Assembly (NCBI GenBank): GCA_016845365.1
Contig: JAERST010000011.1
Span: 1,044 to 65,043 of the forward strand
DNA length: 64,000 nt
Source: Methanobacteriota archaeon
Lineage (GTDB): Archaea; Thermoplasmatota; Poseidoniia; Poseidoniales; Thalassarchaeaceae
Direction: 5' to 3'
Shown here: positions 38,001 to 48,553 of the stretch, in pieces
Numbering within the stretch: the first letter of the stretch is position 1
Layout: the number at the start of each line of letters is the position of its first letter
The notes under the pieces: model-generated
What the model was told of the DNA's origin: nothing
What the model saw: the letters and a program-made list of their open reading frames with translations, nothing else
The model's database searches: none
Translations under genes and position numbers: made by a program

Positions 38001-40779
38001 GGGCATCGAAGATTGGCAGTGGAGCGCATCTGGTTCGCTCACAATCAATGGCGATGATATCACCATGCAAGGAGTTCCCGGTTCACGCGTAAGCGGCACC
38101 CTCACCCTCGAATTACCAGTGGACGCAGCTCCTGCATTCCACAGCTTTTCCGACGCCAGTAGCCTAGGGGCGGACTACTCTTTGAGAAATTCGGTAGAGG
38201 TCTTGCAAATTCATCGAGCATCTCTAACTCTTGTCTCGCCCACAGATTCCCCTCACCTCGTTGAGGTTGAGGAGCCAATCCCAGCCACGGTTCGCCTCTA
38301 CAATCCGGGGAACGGAGAGGATACTTACTCGATGTCGTACAACCTACTACTCGATGATAATCTCAGCGAAGACCCCGGCATACAAGTTACATTCAGCAGC
38401 ACGAGTATCACTCTCTCAGCAGGTAGTCTTCGCACCCTACCCGTCGAGGTCATCTTACCTGACACAACACCAGCACGCACTCCGGTAAATCTTGAGATTA
38501 CGATGACCTCGAATGGCGACCAAAGCGTCAGTTCTACAATCACCCTAACCCTTGAGGCGCGCCAAGACCATCGCTGGGAAATCGAACTCTCCCACTTTGG
38601 CCAAGATGTCTCAGGCAAGACATTCGCGGTCAACCCCGGCGATTCCTTCATCGTAGACATCAGCGCGACCAATGTTGGAAACCTGCACGACGATATCGAA
38701 ATCGCCGGCACCGGCACACTCGATCACGCTGGTTCAGACACCGCCACGAATTGGCTCATCGTCGGCGATAGCGCCGAATCTGTGCCGGTCAACGGCACCG
38801 CTACCCTCCAACTCATAGTCGAGGTGCCGACACAAGCATGGAATGGAACAACATTCGCAATCGATGTGATTGCGACCGCATTCGATGTAGCCGTCGCCGA
38901 CTTCGAATTCACCATCGAAACCGCCCACGTAGCGGGATGGACTGCGGTCGCACAAGACGCAGATTTGGAGATCGACCCCGAAGGGTCGGCAGTGACACTG
39001 AGCGTCATTCAGCAGGGTAATGCTCCGACTAGGCCGTACGCCTCTGTGCATGTGACCGGGGAGAATGGTTGGGTTGTTGAAGCGCCTGCGGAACTACCGA
39101 TTTTGGAACCGGGTCAAACCGCGCAACTCGACCTCGAAATCACCCCACCTGACACCGCAAGACACGGACGAACCGTCGAACTTCACGTAAAACTCAGAGA
39201 AGGAGATGGGAGCAGCGAGGCGACGATTACACTGCCGCTGCGAGTCGCCGTAATCCACGAATTTACGCTGGAAGGAAGCGGGAATTGGATAGTATCGGAT
39301 GAAGGCGGGTATCCTCATGCCCAGCTACAAAATCTAGGCAACGCACCAACGACCATTTCACTCGAAGTACTGAGCCTGCCCCAAGGTTGGACGGTTGACG
39401 GACGCAGTCAGGTTGTGCTTGGCGTTGGTGAGGTGACCGGAGTTCCATTGGAGGTAATTCCAGCCGACGATTGGGATGGAGCCTCGAGAACCATCCGAAT
39501 ATTGGCTCAGGATGAGGCTGGAAATCAGAGGGAAATTTCACTCGATACGCAGTACGAAGATCACTCTTGGGCATCGTCGCCGGTAATCGTGGTTGTCGAT
39601 GGAGATTCGGCTCTGCTCGACATCCACGGCACATCGCCTGCCTCCAGTGTGAGGGACGATATGCAGGCTGCATTAGATTGGGACCTGCAGGGTGGTTGGA
39701 TTTGGCAGGCGAGCGCTGGCGGAGTCGGGACTCAATTGACCGTTGATTCAGACTCCGTCTTGCCTTACTCGGCTTATGTTATCGAGCCATCGAGTCGTTA
39801 TGCTACCTGTGTAATCGATGGCTCGGCGGATTCGGTGAATGCTCATTGCAGCGTTGGAAATGGCACCGAATCCTATTCTTTCACTATCATGTTGATCGAC
39901 GATGAGGGTTCGATGCTCGACAGTCATGATGGTTTCATCGCAGCGAATACCACATCGGGGCGAATCAATCTCAGCACTGCCGGCTGGAATCCAAGCCCCG
40001 GCATGCGCGAATTGACGATTCGCCTGCTAGATTCGAGAGGGATTCTTGTCGCCTCGGAAGAGACTTCCTTTGAGATTCGCCGAACCGACTGGAATGTTGG
40101 ATTGGTTGGATTAGAGATTGAGGGTGAAGGCGAATCTCAGAAAATCAAGGTATTGACCAAGAGGGAATACCATCACCTTCTGACCGATGCAGATTGCAGC
40201 ATCTCCGTCGAAGCGGGAGCTCACAGCGCGACCCATAGCATCGACGTCACGGGAATTTACCCGCCCGAGCCAAAGTTGGACCGACCCGATGTTCCAGATG
40301 GAACAGAAATGATCGTCACCATTCAGTGCGAATTCCCGTGGGATGAAGATTCTGATTCAGGTGATGATGAGGCTCGATTGATCCTCTCTGGAGGCTCAAT
40401 CGGTGGCGGTGGGGGCTTCGAATGGGGCACCGCCTTGGGTTCGGCTGGACTGATTATTGCACTCGCACTTATCCTAACTTGGATTCTCTACAACCAGCGC
40501 GAGCGCCGACGGCTGCTAGACATGACTGAGGCCGTAATCAAACAGAAGGGGAAGAAGTCGGTTACTCAGAAGAGTAGAACCGAGCAAATTCAGCCCCGGA
40601 CTCCCGAGCCTCCTGCACCAGTTGACCAGCCAACCGCTCCAGCCGATGAGACTCTGAGCACCACTCGAGAACCTGTGCCTGAACCCCAACCTGAACCGCC
40701 TACTCAAAGTCCAGAACCTGTCGAGGAAGACCTGGATGAGTTCGAGAGCAGGTTCAAGCGTCTAACCGGTGGCGAGTGA
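35053..40779 (+). CDS. Giant surface protein (1908 aa): FG-GAP/PQQ-like beta-propeller, CARDB/NEW3-type Ig domains, C-terminal TM and Pro/Glu-rich tail
   Basis: DLDDDGMQEV, DLDLDGDAEL and DVDGDATLDI loops; repeated V.N.GN..D motifs; C-terminal TM. Confidence 0.85.
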   Translation: MSMRSAGFGDFERQKAVLAVASLLLLSFSPLFLGGASQVAEPRDSLDDSISDQAFTGIIEPWTDGDQPWPQPGRHAERTSAGPAHSPDGGAGVGAPADAAELASVVDPVVNWVYGSYSIGTDALGTPVADLSASIVTEDAAAERCGGDSLFTIIVQTVVVGGSDHSVLRIIEGEDADLAWEVDLGATEIVKASPVVVDLDDDGMQEVLVVYDAAGTMFVDAYSPRLQCSVTGWSPGGSKSGELLWTYSDDALRISSSDGPYTSSLFGGHKPTTQPLLADLDLDGDAELVLAAIDEISEDPVIVALPLGANGAPTPIWESTLQDGSHPSDPAFAQVDDETAYVLLTTTQASSGAMWVWKLDSADGDQKWGGLSLANLDGDSDVPHIRLPGPVIANLDSDSSPEMIITIPTDADGSTTVDGAEYRGLEIDDGAEIWSFEAVNGYADAPPLAVDTDDDDVIDRVCWISWYQETTARHGHAGCHDVSGNNPQLDWHHDLEQSSGSPNDEIAVAQPIWMDIDGNGAPEMLVAYGRTLWAWDGDSGTQASINDNWNDEVELDHRTWSSPALADVDGDATLDIILGDTVVSTAIADVRPLLDGRAIEFNPSAPDPGEEVTVTAFFENAGTSEADRAVDAVLFADGIEIARHRAETLEPTDPTGSAGFESFSVEWSGALGEHEFELVLDPYQNVTQSRYDNDGQVTTLTIVPPYNATFEMPTNPVRVNPGESTIGQPTVRSTGRLAGIWSLSVDSSALPEGWTWSDQTPGGITSIEIATDSTWTPSLRIHAPVDAAGSDAGHLTLTLTLDEDSNVSVSGVLPVEANRTRGLSIRGPSGTTASIGYGLIGESAKAWLIVENLGNADENSISMFWDSTAWDSADNNLALHDEDGAEIPALRLDAGEQRIVTARLGVPSDANLADSVSTPLTMCVGSGEEETCQTVNLQFIATAVISETDHQRSMPENTLEWTITADLPSTSGVLDWSINDAGMGIEDWQWSASGSLTINGDDITMQGVPGSRVSGTLTLELPVDAAPAFHSFSDASSLGADYSLRNSVEVLQIHRASLTLVSPTDSPHLVEVEEPIPATVRLYNPGNGEDTYSMSYNLLLDDNLSEDPGIQVTFSSTSITLSAGSLRTLPVEVILPDTTPARTPVNLEITMTSNGDQSVSSTITLTLEARQDHRWEIELSHFGQDVSGKTFAVNPGDSFIVDISATNVGNLHDDIEIAGTGTLDHAGSDTATNWLIVGDSAESVPVNGTATLQLIVEVPTQAWNGTTFAIDVIATAFDVAVADFEFTIETAHVAGWTAVAQDADLEIDPEGSAVTLSVIQQGNAPTRPYASVHVTGENGWVVEAPAELPILEPGQTAQLDLEITPPDTARHGRTVELHVKLREGDGSSEATITLPLRVAVIHEFTLEGSGNWIVSDEGGYPHAQLQNLGNAPTTISLEVLSLPQGWTVDGRSQVVLGVGEVTGVPLEVIPADDWDGASRTIRILAQDEAGNQREISLDTQYEDHSWASSPVIVVVDGDSALLDIHGTSPASSVRDDMQAALDWDLQGGWIWQASAGGVGTQLTVDSDSVLPYSAYVIEPSSRYATCVIDGSADSVNAHCSVGNGTESYSFTIMLIDDEGSMLDSHDGFIAANTTSGRINLSTAGWNPSPGMRELTIRLLDSRGILVASEETSFEIRRTDWNVGLVGLEIEGEGESQKIKVLTKREYHHLLTDADCSISVEAGAHSATHSIDVTGIYPPEPKLDRPDVPDGTEMIVTIQCEFPWDEDSDSGDDEARLILSGGSIGGGGGFEWGTALGSAGLIIALALILTWILYNQRERRRLLDMTEAVIKQKGKKSVTQKSRTEQIQPRTPEPPAPVDQPTAPADETLSTTREPVPEPQPEPPTQSPEPVEEDLDEFESRFKRLTGGE

Positions 40780-41420
40780 ACGCCGCAGGTGGTCCGATGA
40801 GCCGTTACATCCCTCCCAGTCCATTCCATACTTTCGAGCCACTGCGCCGCGATCCATTGGAATTAATCCCCTTGATTCAGGCATCTCAAGGCGGAGATCA
40901 TGGTGAACTCAAGAATCTGGATGGAGTACCCGCCTCAATTCTCGGATTGGTAGAGGGTGAGAAGCCTGAACTCGATGCTGCGATGACGCTGTTTCTTTGC
41001 AGTGTAGCGTGGAAATCTGATGGAGGAATGCCTGAACCTCTCGACAAGGGAGTATCGCGTGAGCGAATTGGGCGATTTCCGATTGAGGGCGGCAATGCGA
41101 TCGCCTACCTGCTCGACCACACTATCGAGAAGGCTGAAGACGGTCTGCACGATTTTCTGGCAAAATTGGCCCTTGGATTGGATGAAGAATTCCTCGGCGA
41201 GGCTGGATTCTCACATGGTGCCGGTGGACTCGAATTGTGTGGTTGGTTAGATGCTAAGGAGGTTCGAAGCCTTCGCCGTGCGATTCAGCGGGGCAAGTGG
41301 GCAGTTGACCCAGAAGAGCCGCTCGATGGTGGAGTAGCCGATGCCTTTCGCCATCTGACAATCCTACTTCGTGGGGTGGAGAAGCGTGGCTGCGGCTTGC
41401 TGATGCGAAGGCACGCCTGA
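40776..41420 (+). CDS. Hypothetical protein
   Basis: GTGA overlap with the upstream stop (alternative ATG at 40797); 214-aa ORF. Confidence 0.65.
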   Translation: MNAAGGPMSRYIPPSPFHTFEPLRRDPLELIPLIQASQGGDHGELKNLDGVPASILGLVEGEKPELDAAMTLFLCSVAWKSDGGMPEPLDKGVSRERIGRFPIEGGNAIAYLLDHTIEKAEDGLHDFLAKLALGLDEEFLGEAGFSHGAGGLELCGWLDAKEVRSLRRAIQRGKWAVDPEEPLDGGVADAFRHLTILLRGVEKRGCGLLMRRHA

Positions 41421-41439
41421 GTTGTGACCCAACTCTGAA

Positions 41440-42177
41440 TTAGCGAATCCGACGAGAATATAGTTCGTCGAAAATCGGTTGAACTTCCGCAAGGACTTCT
41501 TGGTGCTCGGGCGGAAGTTCGCCTATCCGTGGGCGGTACTCCGCAAAACCGTCCGATGCCCAAACTGCATCGTACCAGTGCTCGGCCCAGATTCCATCGC
41601 ATTGCTTCGGGCCGACCTTCCAACTCAGCATCGATTCATCGAAGGGGATTCCCAGTCTTCCACAGACTTTGCTCAGCATCCCCTTTGGGTCGAGTAAGAT
41701 ATCTCTCGAATCAACAATGACAACGGGCTCGCCCAGTTTCTCCACCTCCGTCACGATGCGAGCCTGTTGTGGCAAACCCGTTGCCCAGGCATCGACTGCA
41801 TCGGTCTTCTTGGCAAGTGAAAGCAAGACTTCGCGAGGGTCACGGATGAGAAAACAATTGGAAACCTCCGACAACCAAGCCAACTCCACCCCCTCGATCA
41901 TGTGGTGACACATGTGTTTCTGATACCATATCGGCGAGCCGTCCGGCACATCGCCTGTCAGATGCCCGACCACGGCTCGCCAATCGGTTTCACCTGCGGC
42001 GATAACCGATTCAGCGCCCGGGTGTTCTACCCCGGTCGCTGCCAAATAATGAGCATAAAACGGCTCATCGCTGGCAAAACAGTCGGGCCGAGAATCGAAG
42101 GAATACATCATCGCAGTCGAGATGTTTCGAGGCCCCGACCACATCGCGATTCGCTTTACTGAGCCCATGTCAAGCAC
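41440..42177 (-). CDS. Sulfotransferase-like P-loop protein (BCAT-associated family)
   Basis: IAMWSGPRNISTAMMYSF, DEPFY, YQKHMCHH, FLIRDP, LCxxLGIPF-like motif, WA.HWY. Confidence 0.85.
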   Translation of the reverse strand: MLDMGSVKRIAMWSGPRNISTAMMYSFDSRPDCFASDEPFYAHYLAATGVEHPGAESVIAAGETDWRAVVGHLTGDVPDGSPIWYQKHMCHHMIEGVELAWLSEVSNCFLIRDPREVLLSLAKKTDAVDAWATGLPQQARIVTEVEKLGEPVVIVDSRDILLDPKGMLSKVCGRLGIPFDESMLSWKVGPKQCDGIWAEHWYDAVWASDGFAEYRPRIGELPPEHQEVLAEVQPIFDELYSRRIR

Positions 42178-43078
42178 CCGCTTCGCGTTTCACCAAGTCG
42201 ATGTAGAGATTCTGCAGACGTTCAGCCATCGGACCGCGCAAACCCCCGCTCATCGGCTCGCCATCGTAGCGCACAACCGGCGTCAAACCGGCAAATGTTC
42301 CTGTCACGAAAGCCTCGTCGGCCGTGCGCACATGCTCGGTTGTGAAGTCCTTCTCAAAACTCGGAATCCCGTTTGCTTCGCATAGGTCCAGGATTTTGCG
42401 ACGGGTGATGCCGTCGAGGCAGTGCTCACCCGTCGAGGTCCAAACTTCGCCGTTTCTGACGATGAAAAAGTGGGTTGAATTGCAGGTAGCGACGTTTCCG
42501 TTAGGGTCGAGCATGAGGCCTTCATCGCCGCCTTTTCTGCCTGCATCGAGGCATCCTGCGATGCAATTGTGCTTGGACAGGCTGTTGATTCGCGGGTCCT
42601 GAACATTCTGCGGCCCGCGAATGATGTCTACGGTTACAAGACTAATTCCATCGATTGCCCGCTGTGGATTGGCTTCCTTGTATTCGGGGATGATGACGAT
42701 GGTCGGAGGTCCGGCTACCACCCACGGTGCTTGGTACGGAGTTGGCTTGAGGCCGCGGGTGACGATTAGGCGAATGTGGACATTATCGTGCATTTGGTTG
42801 GCTTCGACGACTTCTTCGATACGCGCGAGCATGGCCTCGCGCGAAATTGGAATCTCCAGACCGATGACCTCTGCCCCATGCCACAAACGGTCGAGATGAT
42901 CGTCGATGAAGACTAGAACTCCCCCATGCAAGCGGAAGGCTTCCCAAACCCCATCGCCGAGTAGGAAGCCGGCGTCCATCACAGAGACCTTAGCCTCAGG
43001 ACGCCGAAACAATTCGCCGTCTATCGAAATCCAGACATCGGCATTGCGAGGGTCGTCGACGTACTCGTGAGTTCCCAC
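42170..43078 (-). CDS. Class IV PLP aminotransferase (branched-chain/D-amino acid-like)
   Basis: VSVMDAGFLLGDGVWE, HLDRL, CLDGITR, ADEAFVTGT. Confidence 0.9.
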   Translation of the reverse strand: MGTHEYVDDPRNADVWISIDGELFRRPEAKVSVMDAGFLLGDGVWEAFRLHGGVLVFIDDHLDRLWHGAEVIGLEIPISREAMLARIEEVVEANQMHDNVHIRLIVTRGLKPTPYQAPWVVAGPPTIVIIPEYKEANPQRAIDGISLVTVDIIRGPQNVQDPRINSLSKHNCIAGCLDAGRKGGDEGLMLDPNGNVATCNSTHFFIVRNGEVWTSTGEHCLDGITRRKILDLCEANGIPSFEKDFTTEHVRTADEAFVTGTFAGLTPVVRYDGEPMSGGLRGPMAERLQNLYIDLVKREAGA

Positions 43079-43104
43079 GGCCGACCCTCGAACCCACCAT
43101 CACT

Positions 43105-44016
43105 TCAGAATGACTGACCGGTCAAACGCTCGTACATGTCCGCGTAAAGTGTCGAAGTCTGGTCGATTATCTCCTGCGGCAGAGCAGGAATCGGTGGCTC
43201 CTCAGCCCCAGTTTGACGAGCCTCGTACAATTCGGAGTGATGACCGGTCCCAAGATAATGACCGCGAACGAATTCCTTTGACAACTGAACAATCTCGCCT
43301 TCTGCGTACGCGGCAGAATCCCACCAGCGGTCCTCATCGAGCGTGCCGAAGGAATCGACAAGCACCGGCACGCGACCAGCGCCGAGCGCGAATTCCTTCT
43401 TTCCGTCGACATGAATCAATCCGCGTGCACCTGCCTCGCGCTCGATGATTTCATCGACCTCAACCGCAATCCGACAAATCGCATCGAATTCATCTCCAGT
43501 CAAGTTCGAGATCTCCAAGGCCTCTTCGCGGTCTAGCAATCTATCGAACTTCTCGAACTTGGTACTAACCTCAACATATGGAGCCGGTAACTTCACTCCT
43601 TCCTCGAGCACAGTTCCCGGCTCAAAACCAAATTCTTCAGCAGGCGCATCTCCACGCTTGTACCGGCGCCAGCCGCTACCAGCCAAGTAATGCCGACAAA
43701 TGACCTCAAGTGGCACGAAGACGTTCTCTCTATCACGTGCGATTGCACCCGGTTCTCGGACCACGTCAAAGCGTCGTGCAAGCACGCGGTCCGGCGCGTT
43801 CATCTCGATGATATGCGTATCACAGATGCCCGCGTCCTCAACCAGCTTGAACCAGTGGCACGAGGTTCGGTTTAGCGACTCACCTTTGCGGGGGATGAGG
43901 CTTGGGATAATCTGGTCGAAGACTGAAATTTGGTCAGTATATCGAAATTCAATGACATCGGGGTCATCCGTACTCCAAACCTGCTTCACTTTGCCATGGT
44001 AAATCATCTCGCCCAT
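43105..44016 (-). CDS. purC: SAICAR synthetase
   Basis: GKVKQV, DQISVFD, KGESL, PLEVICR.YLAGS, STKFE, VDGKKEF, DEDRWW, SKEFVR. Confidence 0.93.
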   Translation of the reverse strand: MGEMIYHGKVKQVWSTDDPDVIEFRYTDQISVFDQIIPSLIPRKGESLNRTSCHWFKLVEDAGICDTHIIEMNAPDRVLARRFDVVREPGAIARDRENVFVPLEVICRHYLAGSGWRRYKRGDAPAEEFGFEPGTVLEEGVKLPAPYVEVSTKFEKFDRLLDREEALEISNLTGDEFDAICRIAVEVDEIIEREAGARGLIHVDGKKEFALGAGRVPVLVDSFGTLDEDRWWDSAAYAEGEIVQLSKEFVRGHYLGTGHHSELYEARQTGAEEPPIPALPQEIIDQTSTLYADMYERLTGQSF

Positions 44017-44195
44017 ATCGCACCCGCCTGCGCCAGCCGCCGATGAACATTGCTGGTGCGCAGACTCGAAAAAAATAGAGAAAATTGAGTCGAATCCGGC
44101 TGTCTTCGCTAGAAAGGAAATCCGTCGAAAGCAAAAACCATCACAGTGATGCAATACGGGTCGATTCTATATCCCAACTACGGCCGGATTAACCT

Positions 44196-46250
44196 GTGAA
44201 GACTCCAGGTCCGGGCATCGAGAGAATATTCTCTTGGTCGGCTCTCGATGAAAAAACCAGAGTGGCAATGATTGTCACAATTTTCCTCGCGGTCTCGATT
44301 GCGCCAACGGTAGGGCAGAGTATCGAGACCGGCTGGCAGAGCGTTGAGAGTGGAACAGAGGTTGACCTCAACGCGGCGGTTGTTCATGGATCTGAGATTT
44401 GGGCATTCGGCGATTCAGGCGTTGCGCTACTGAGTCAAGATCAGGGCAAGTCTTGGACAGTATTTGGTACACTTGGCGAGTCCAACCTAATCGCAGCAGA
44501 TTCTTCCGGCGATTCCGTCGCAGTGCTCGCCGACGATGGAATAATCCACCTAAAAGTCGGACTCGAGGGTGATTGGCAGACTCTCGATTCGGCTGCAAAT
44601 GGATTGAGGAGCATTGCCCTGTTGGATGCAAATTCGCTTGTTGCAGTTGGCGATTCGGGATTGATCCTCGAGTACTCGTCTGAAACTTGGCAAGACCGAA
44701 CTACAACATTTGTTGACAATCTCCACGACGTTTCTTTCCGAGACGAATCGAATGGATTCGCTGTTGGAGAGATGGGACTGATTCTGGCTACTACCGATGG
44801 TGGCCAATCTTGGGATTATCGCGAGGCCCCTGTGGGAGCTGAGCAATCTTCTCTAGTCTCTGTGGAATTTTTCAACCCCTATCGAATGTTTGCAATTAGT
44901 GATTCAGGGCAGATTCTCTACTCAACTTCTGTCGGCGGTCACGAGTGGTATTTGCGAGAAATCGAATCTGAAGGATACAATACCACGCTTGGAATTGAAC
45001 TCACTTCATTGAACGTGGTTTCCTCTTCGAAAATACTCTTCACGGGTGAGAATGGATTCCTTGGGTTGAGCCTTGACCAGGGATTGAATGTAGAGGAAAA
45101 TCTTCTGCCTGATGGCATCAGCACCTCCTTCAACGACCACGCGATGATCGACCATTTGGTCGGAGTTGTTGTTGGTGATGGAGGAGTAATTCTCTATACC
45201 GAAGCCTCTGGAGAAAATGACCAAGTCGGCTTCGAAATTCCCGATTACAATGATTTTGGAGAATTTGTTGAGTACGCAGATGACATGCTTCTGGGAGGAT
45301 TCATCGCAACTGTGAAAATCGTTCTCTTCGGAATTTTGTTTGGATTCTTTATCGGAGTATTCCTCGCGATGATGAAAACCGCACCAACCTCCTTCAAGAA
45401 TCTCTTCGAAGGTGTCCCATTGCCTTTCGTGAAGGCTACCGGAGCTGGCATGTTGGTCTTGGGATTGGGGTTGGTTTACACTGGTGGAAGTAAGTTCGGT
45501 GCGCTCGGTTTGGAAGGATTAGAATACATATTCACCCCTGTTGGCGAACCGAGAGGCTTTGCGATTTTTGCTGTCGGATTAGCACTGTTAGCACTTGGAA
45601 TCCAATTCATTAGAGCTGATGCAAAACTGAGTGGACCGCTCTTCAAAATCCGTCCTCTGAACACACTCGCTACTGTCTATACGGACTTCTTCCGTAACAC
45701 CCCGCTTATCGTGCAGTTCTTTTTCATCCATTTCGGATTGAATTTGGGAATGAGGCTGCAACAGATTTTCGTCGGCTCATTCGGCGAGGCCGGCACTGAC
45801 GGCCTCGACTACTTCTTGTACGGAGATCGTACCTTCTTGAGTTCAATTTTCACTCTTGGACTCAATTCGGGCGCATATCAATGTGAGACGATTCGAGGTG
45901 CGATTGCTGCGATACCAAGTGGTCAGATGGAAGCGGGACGCAGCATCGGATTGACTTATCTTGGAACAATGAAGTTGGTGATTATGCCACAAGCGATTAG
46001 AATATGCATTCCACCCATTGGCAACGAAATGGTGAATTTGGTTCTGAATTCATCTTTAGCGATGGTAATCGGTTATTCAGAACTCTCTCGACAGGGTCGT
46101 TTGATGGTTGCGACTACCTTCCAAATATTCTCAGCCTGGGGATTGGTGATGATTTCCTACTTCGTGGTGACTTGGACATTGGCTATGCTACTGCGAAGGC
46201 TTGAGGATTGGTCGAGAATTCCCGGCCTTGGGATTTCAGGAGGTGCATGA
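44196..46250 (+). CDS. Polar amino-acid ABC permease fused to an N-terminal YCF48/BNR-like beta-propeller
   Basis: Repeats AVG..G.IL.T.DGG.SW; C-terminal FRNTPLIVQ and EAA loop ETIRGAIAAIPSGQMEAGRSIG. Confidence 0.88.
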   Translation: MKTPGPGIERIFSWSALDEKTRVAMIVTIFLAVSIAPTVGQSIETGWQSVESGTEVDLNAAVVHGSEIWAFGDSGVALLSQDQGKSWTVFGTLGESNLIAADSSGDSVAVLADDGIIHLKVGLEGDWQTLDSAANGLRSIALLDANSLVAVGDSGLILEYSSETWQDRTTTFVDNLHDVSFRDESNGFAVGEMGLILATTDGGQSWDYREAPVGAEQSSLVSVEFFNPYRMFAISDSGQILYSTSVGGHEWYLREIESEGYNTTLGIELTSLNVVSSSKILFTGENGFLGLSLDQGLNVEENLLPDGISTSFNDHAMIDHLVGVVVGDGGVILYTEASGENDQVGFEIPDYNDFGEFVEYADDMLLGGFIATVKIVLFGILFGFFIGVFLAMMKTAPTSFKNLFEGVPLPFVKATGAGMLVLGLGLVYTGGSKFGALGLEGLEYIFTPVGEPRGFAIFAVGLALLALGIQFIRADAKLSGPLFKIRPLNTLATVYTDFFRNTPLIVQFFFIHFGLNLGMRLQQIFVGSFGEAGTDGLDYFLYGDRTFLSSIFTLGLNSGAYQCETIRGAIAAIPSGQMEAGRSIGLTYLGTMKLVIMPQAIRICIPPIGNEMVNLVLNSSLAMVIGYSELSRQGRLMVATTFQIFSAWGLVMISYFVVTWTLAMLLRRLEDWSRIPGLGISGGA

Positions 46251-46994
46251 ATGCCTCAGCCGGTTCTTTCGATTCGTGACCTTCACAAAATCTACGCGGG
46301 CGGCGTTCATGCTGTTCGCGGTGTTTCCTTTGACGTCCATGAGGGTGAATCGGTTGCAATCATCGGTTCTTCCGGCTCAGGAAAATCGACCGTGTTGCGT
46401 TGTATCAATCGCTTGATTGAACCCAGTGATGGTGTAATTGAATTGCGTGGGGAGCAGATTAACACCCCGGGCGCCGATGTTAATGAGGTACGAAGTCGGA
46501 TTGGTATGGTCTTCCAATCCTTCGAATTATTTGCACATCTGAAGGTGTTGGACAATGTTACTCTAGGACTTCGTCATGTTCGTGGGATGAGTAAAAGCGA
46601 GGCCGAGGATGTTGCTCTGGAGGTTCTTGGCAGGGTCGATATGCTCGAGCGTGTCGATGCTTATCCCGGGAATTTATCGGGCGGACAAAAACAGCGTGTT
46701 GCCATTGCACGTGCGCTGGCAATGAAGCCCGAAGTGATTCTATTCGACGAGCCCACCAGCGCGCTCGACCCAGAATTGATCGGTTCAGTTCTGCAAACAA
46801 TTCGAGGCCTCGCGGATGAGGGGTTGACCATGGTAATCGTCACTCACGAGATTAATTTTGCACGCGATGTCGCCGACCGTATCGTCTACATGGACAAAGG
46901 ACAGGTCGCCGAGGAAGGACCCTCGTCAATCGTAAATGATCCGAAGAGTGAGAGGTTGCAGCAATTCCTTTCCTCGATGAACGAGGAAAACTGA
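46251..46994 (+). CDS. Polar amino-acid ABC transporter ATP-binding protein (GlnQ-like)
   Basis: GSSGSGKST, LSGGQKQRVAIARALAM, FDEPTSALDPE, VTHE. Confidence 0.95.
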   Translation: MPQPVLSIRDLHKIYAGGVHAVRGVSFDVHEGESVAIIGSSGSGKSTVLRCINRLIEPSDGVIELRGEQINTPGADVNEVRSRIGMVFQSFELFAHLKVLDNVTLGLRHVRGMSKSEAEDVALEVLGRVDMLERVDAYPGNLSGGQKQRVAIARALAMKPEVILFDEPTSALDPELIGSVLQTIRGLADEGLTMVIVTHEINFARDVADRIVYMDKGQVAEEGPSSIVNDPKSERLQQFLSSMNEEN

Positions 46995-47050
46995 ACGTAG
47001 AGAGAATCTACAGGGGTGCGTGCCCCGCTCCTCAGAGCTAAAGTTTCAGT

Positions 47051-48553
<1,503 letters not shown>

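Noticed and set aside
44017..44154. Cys/His-containing N-terminal extension of PurC
   Set aside because: Conserved GKVK begins right after ATG 44016; the extension spans the divergent promoter region
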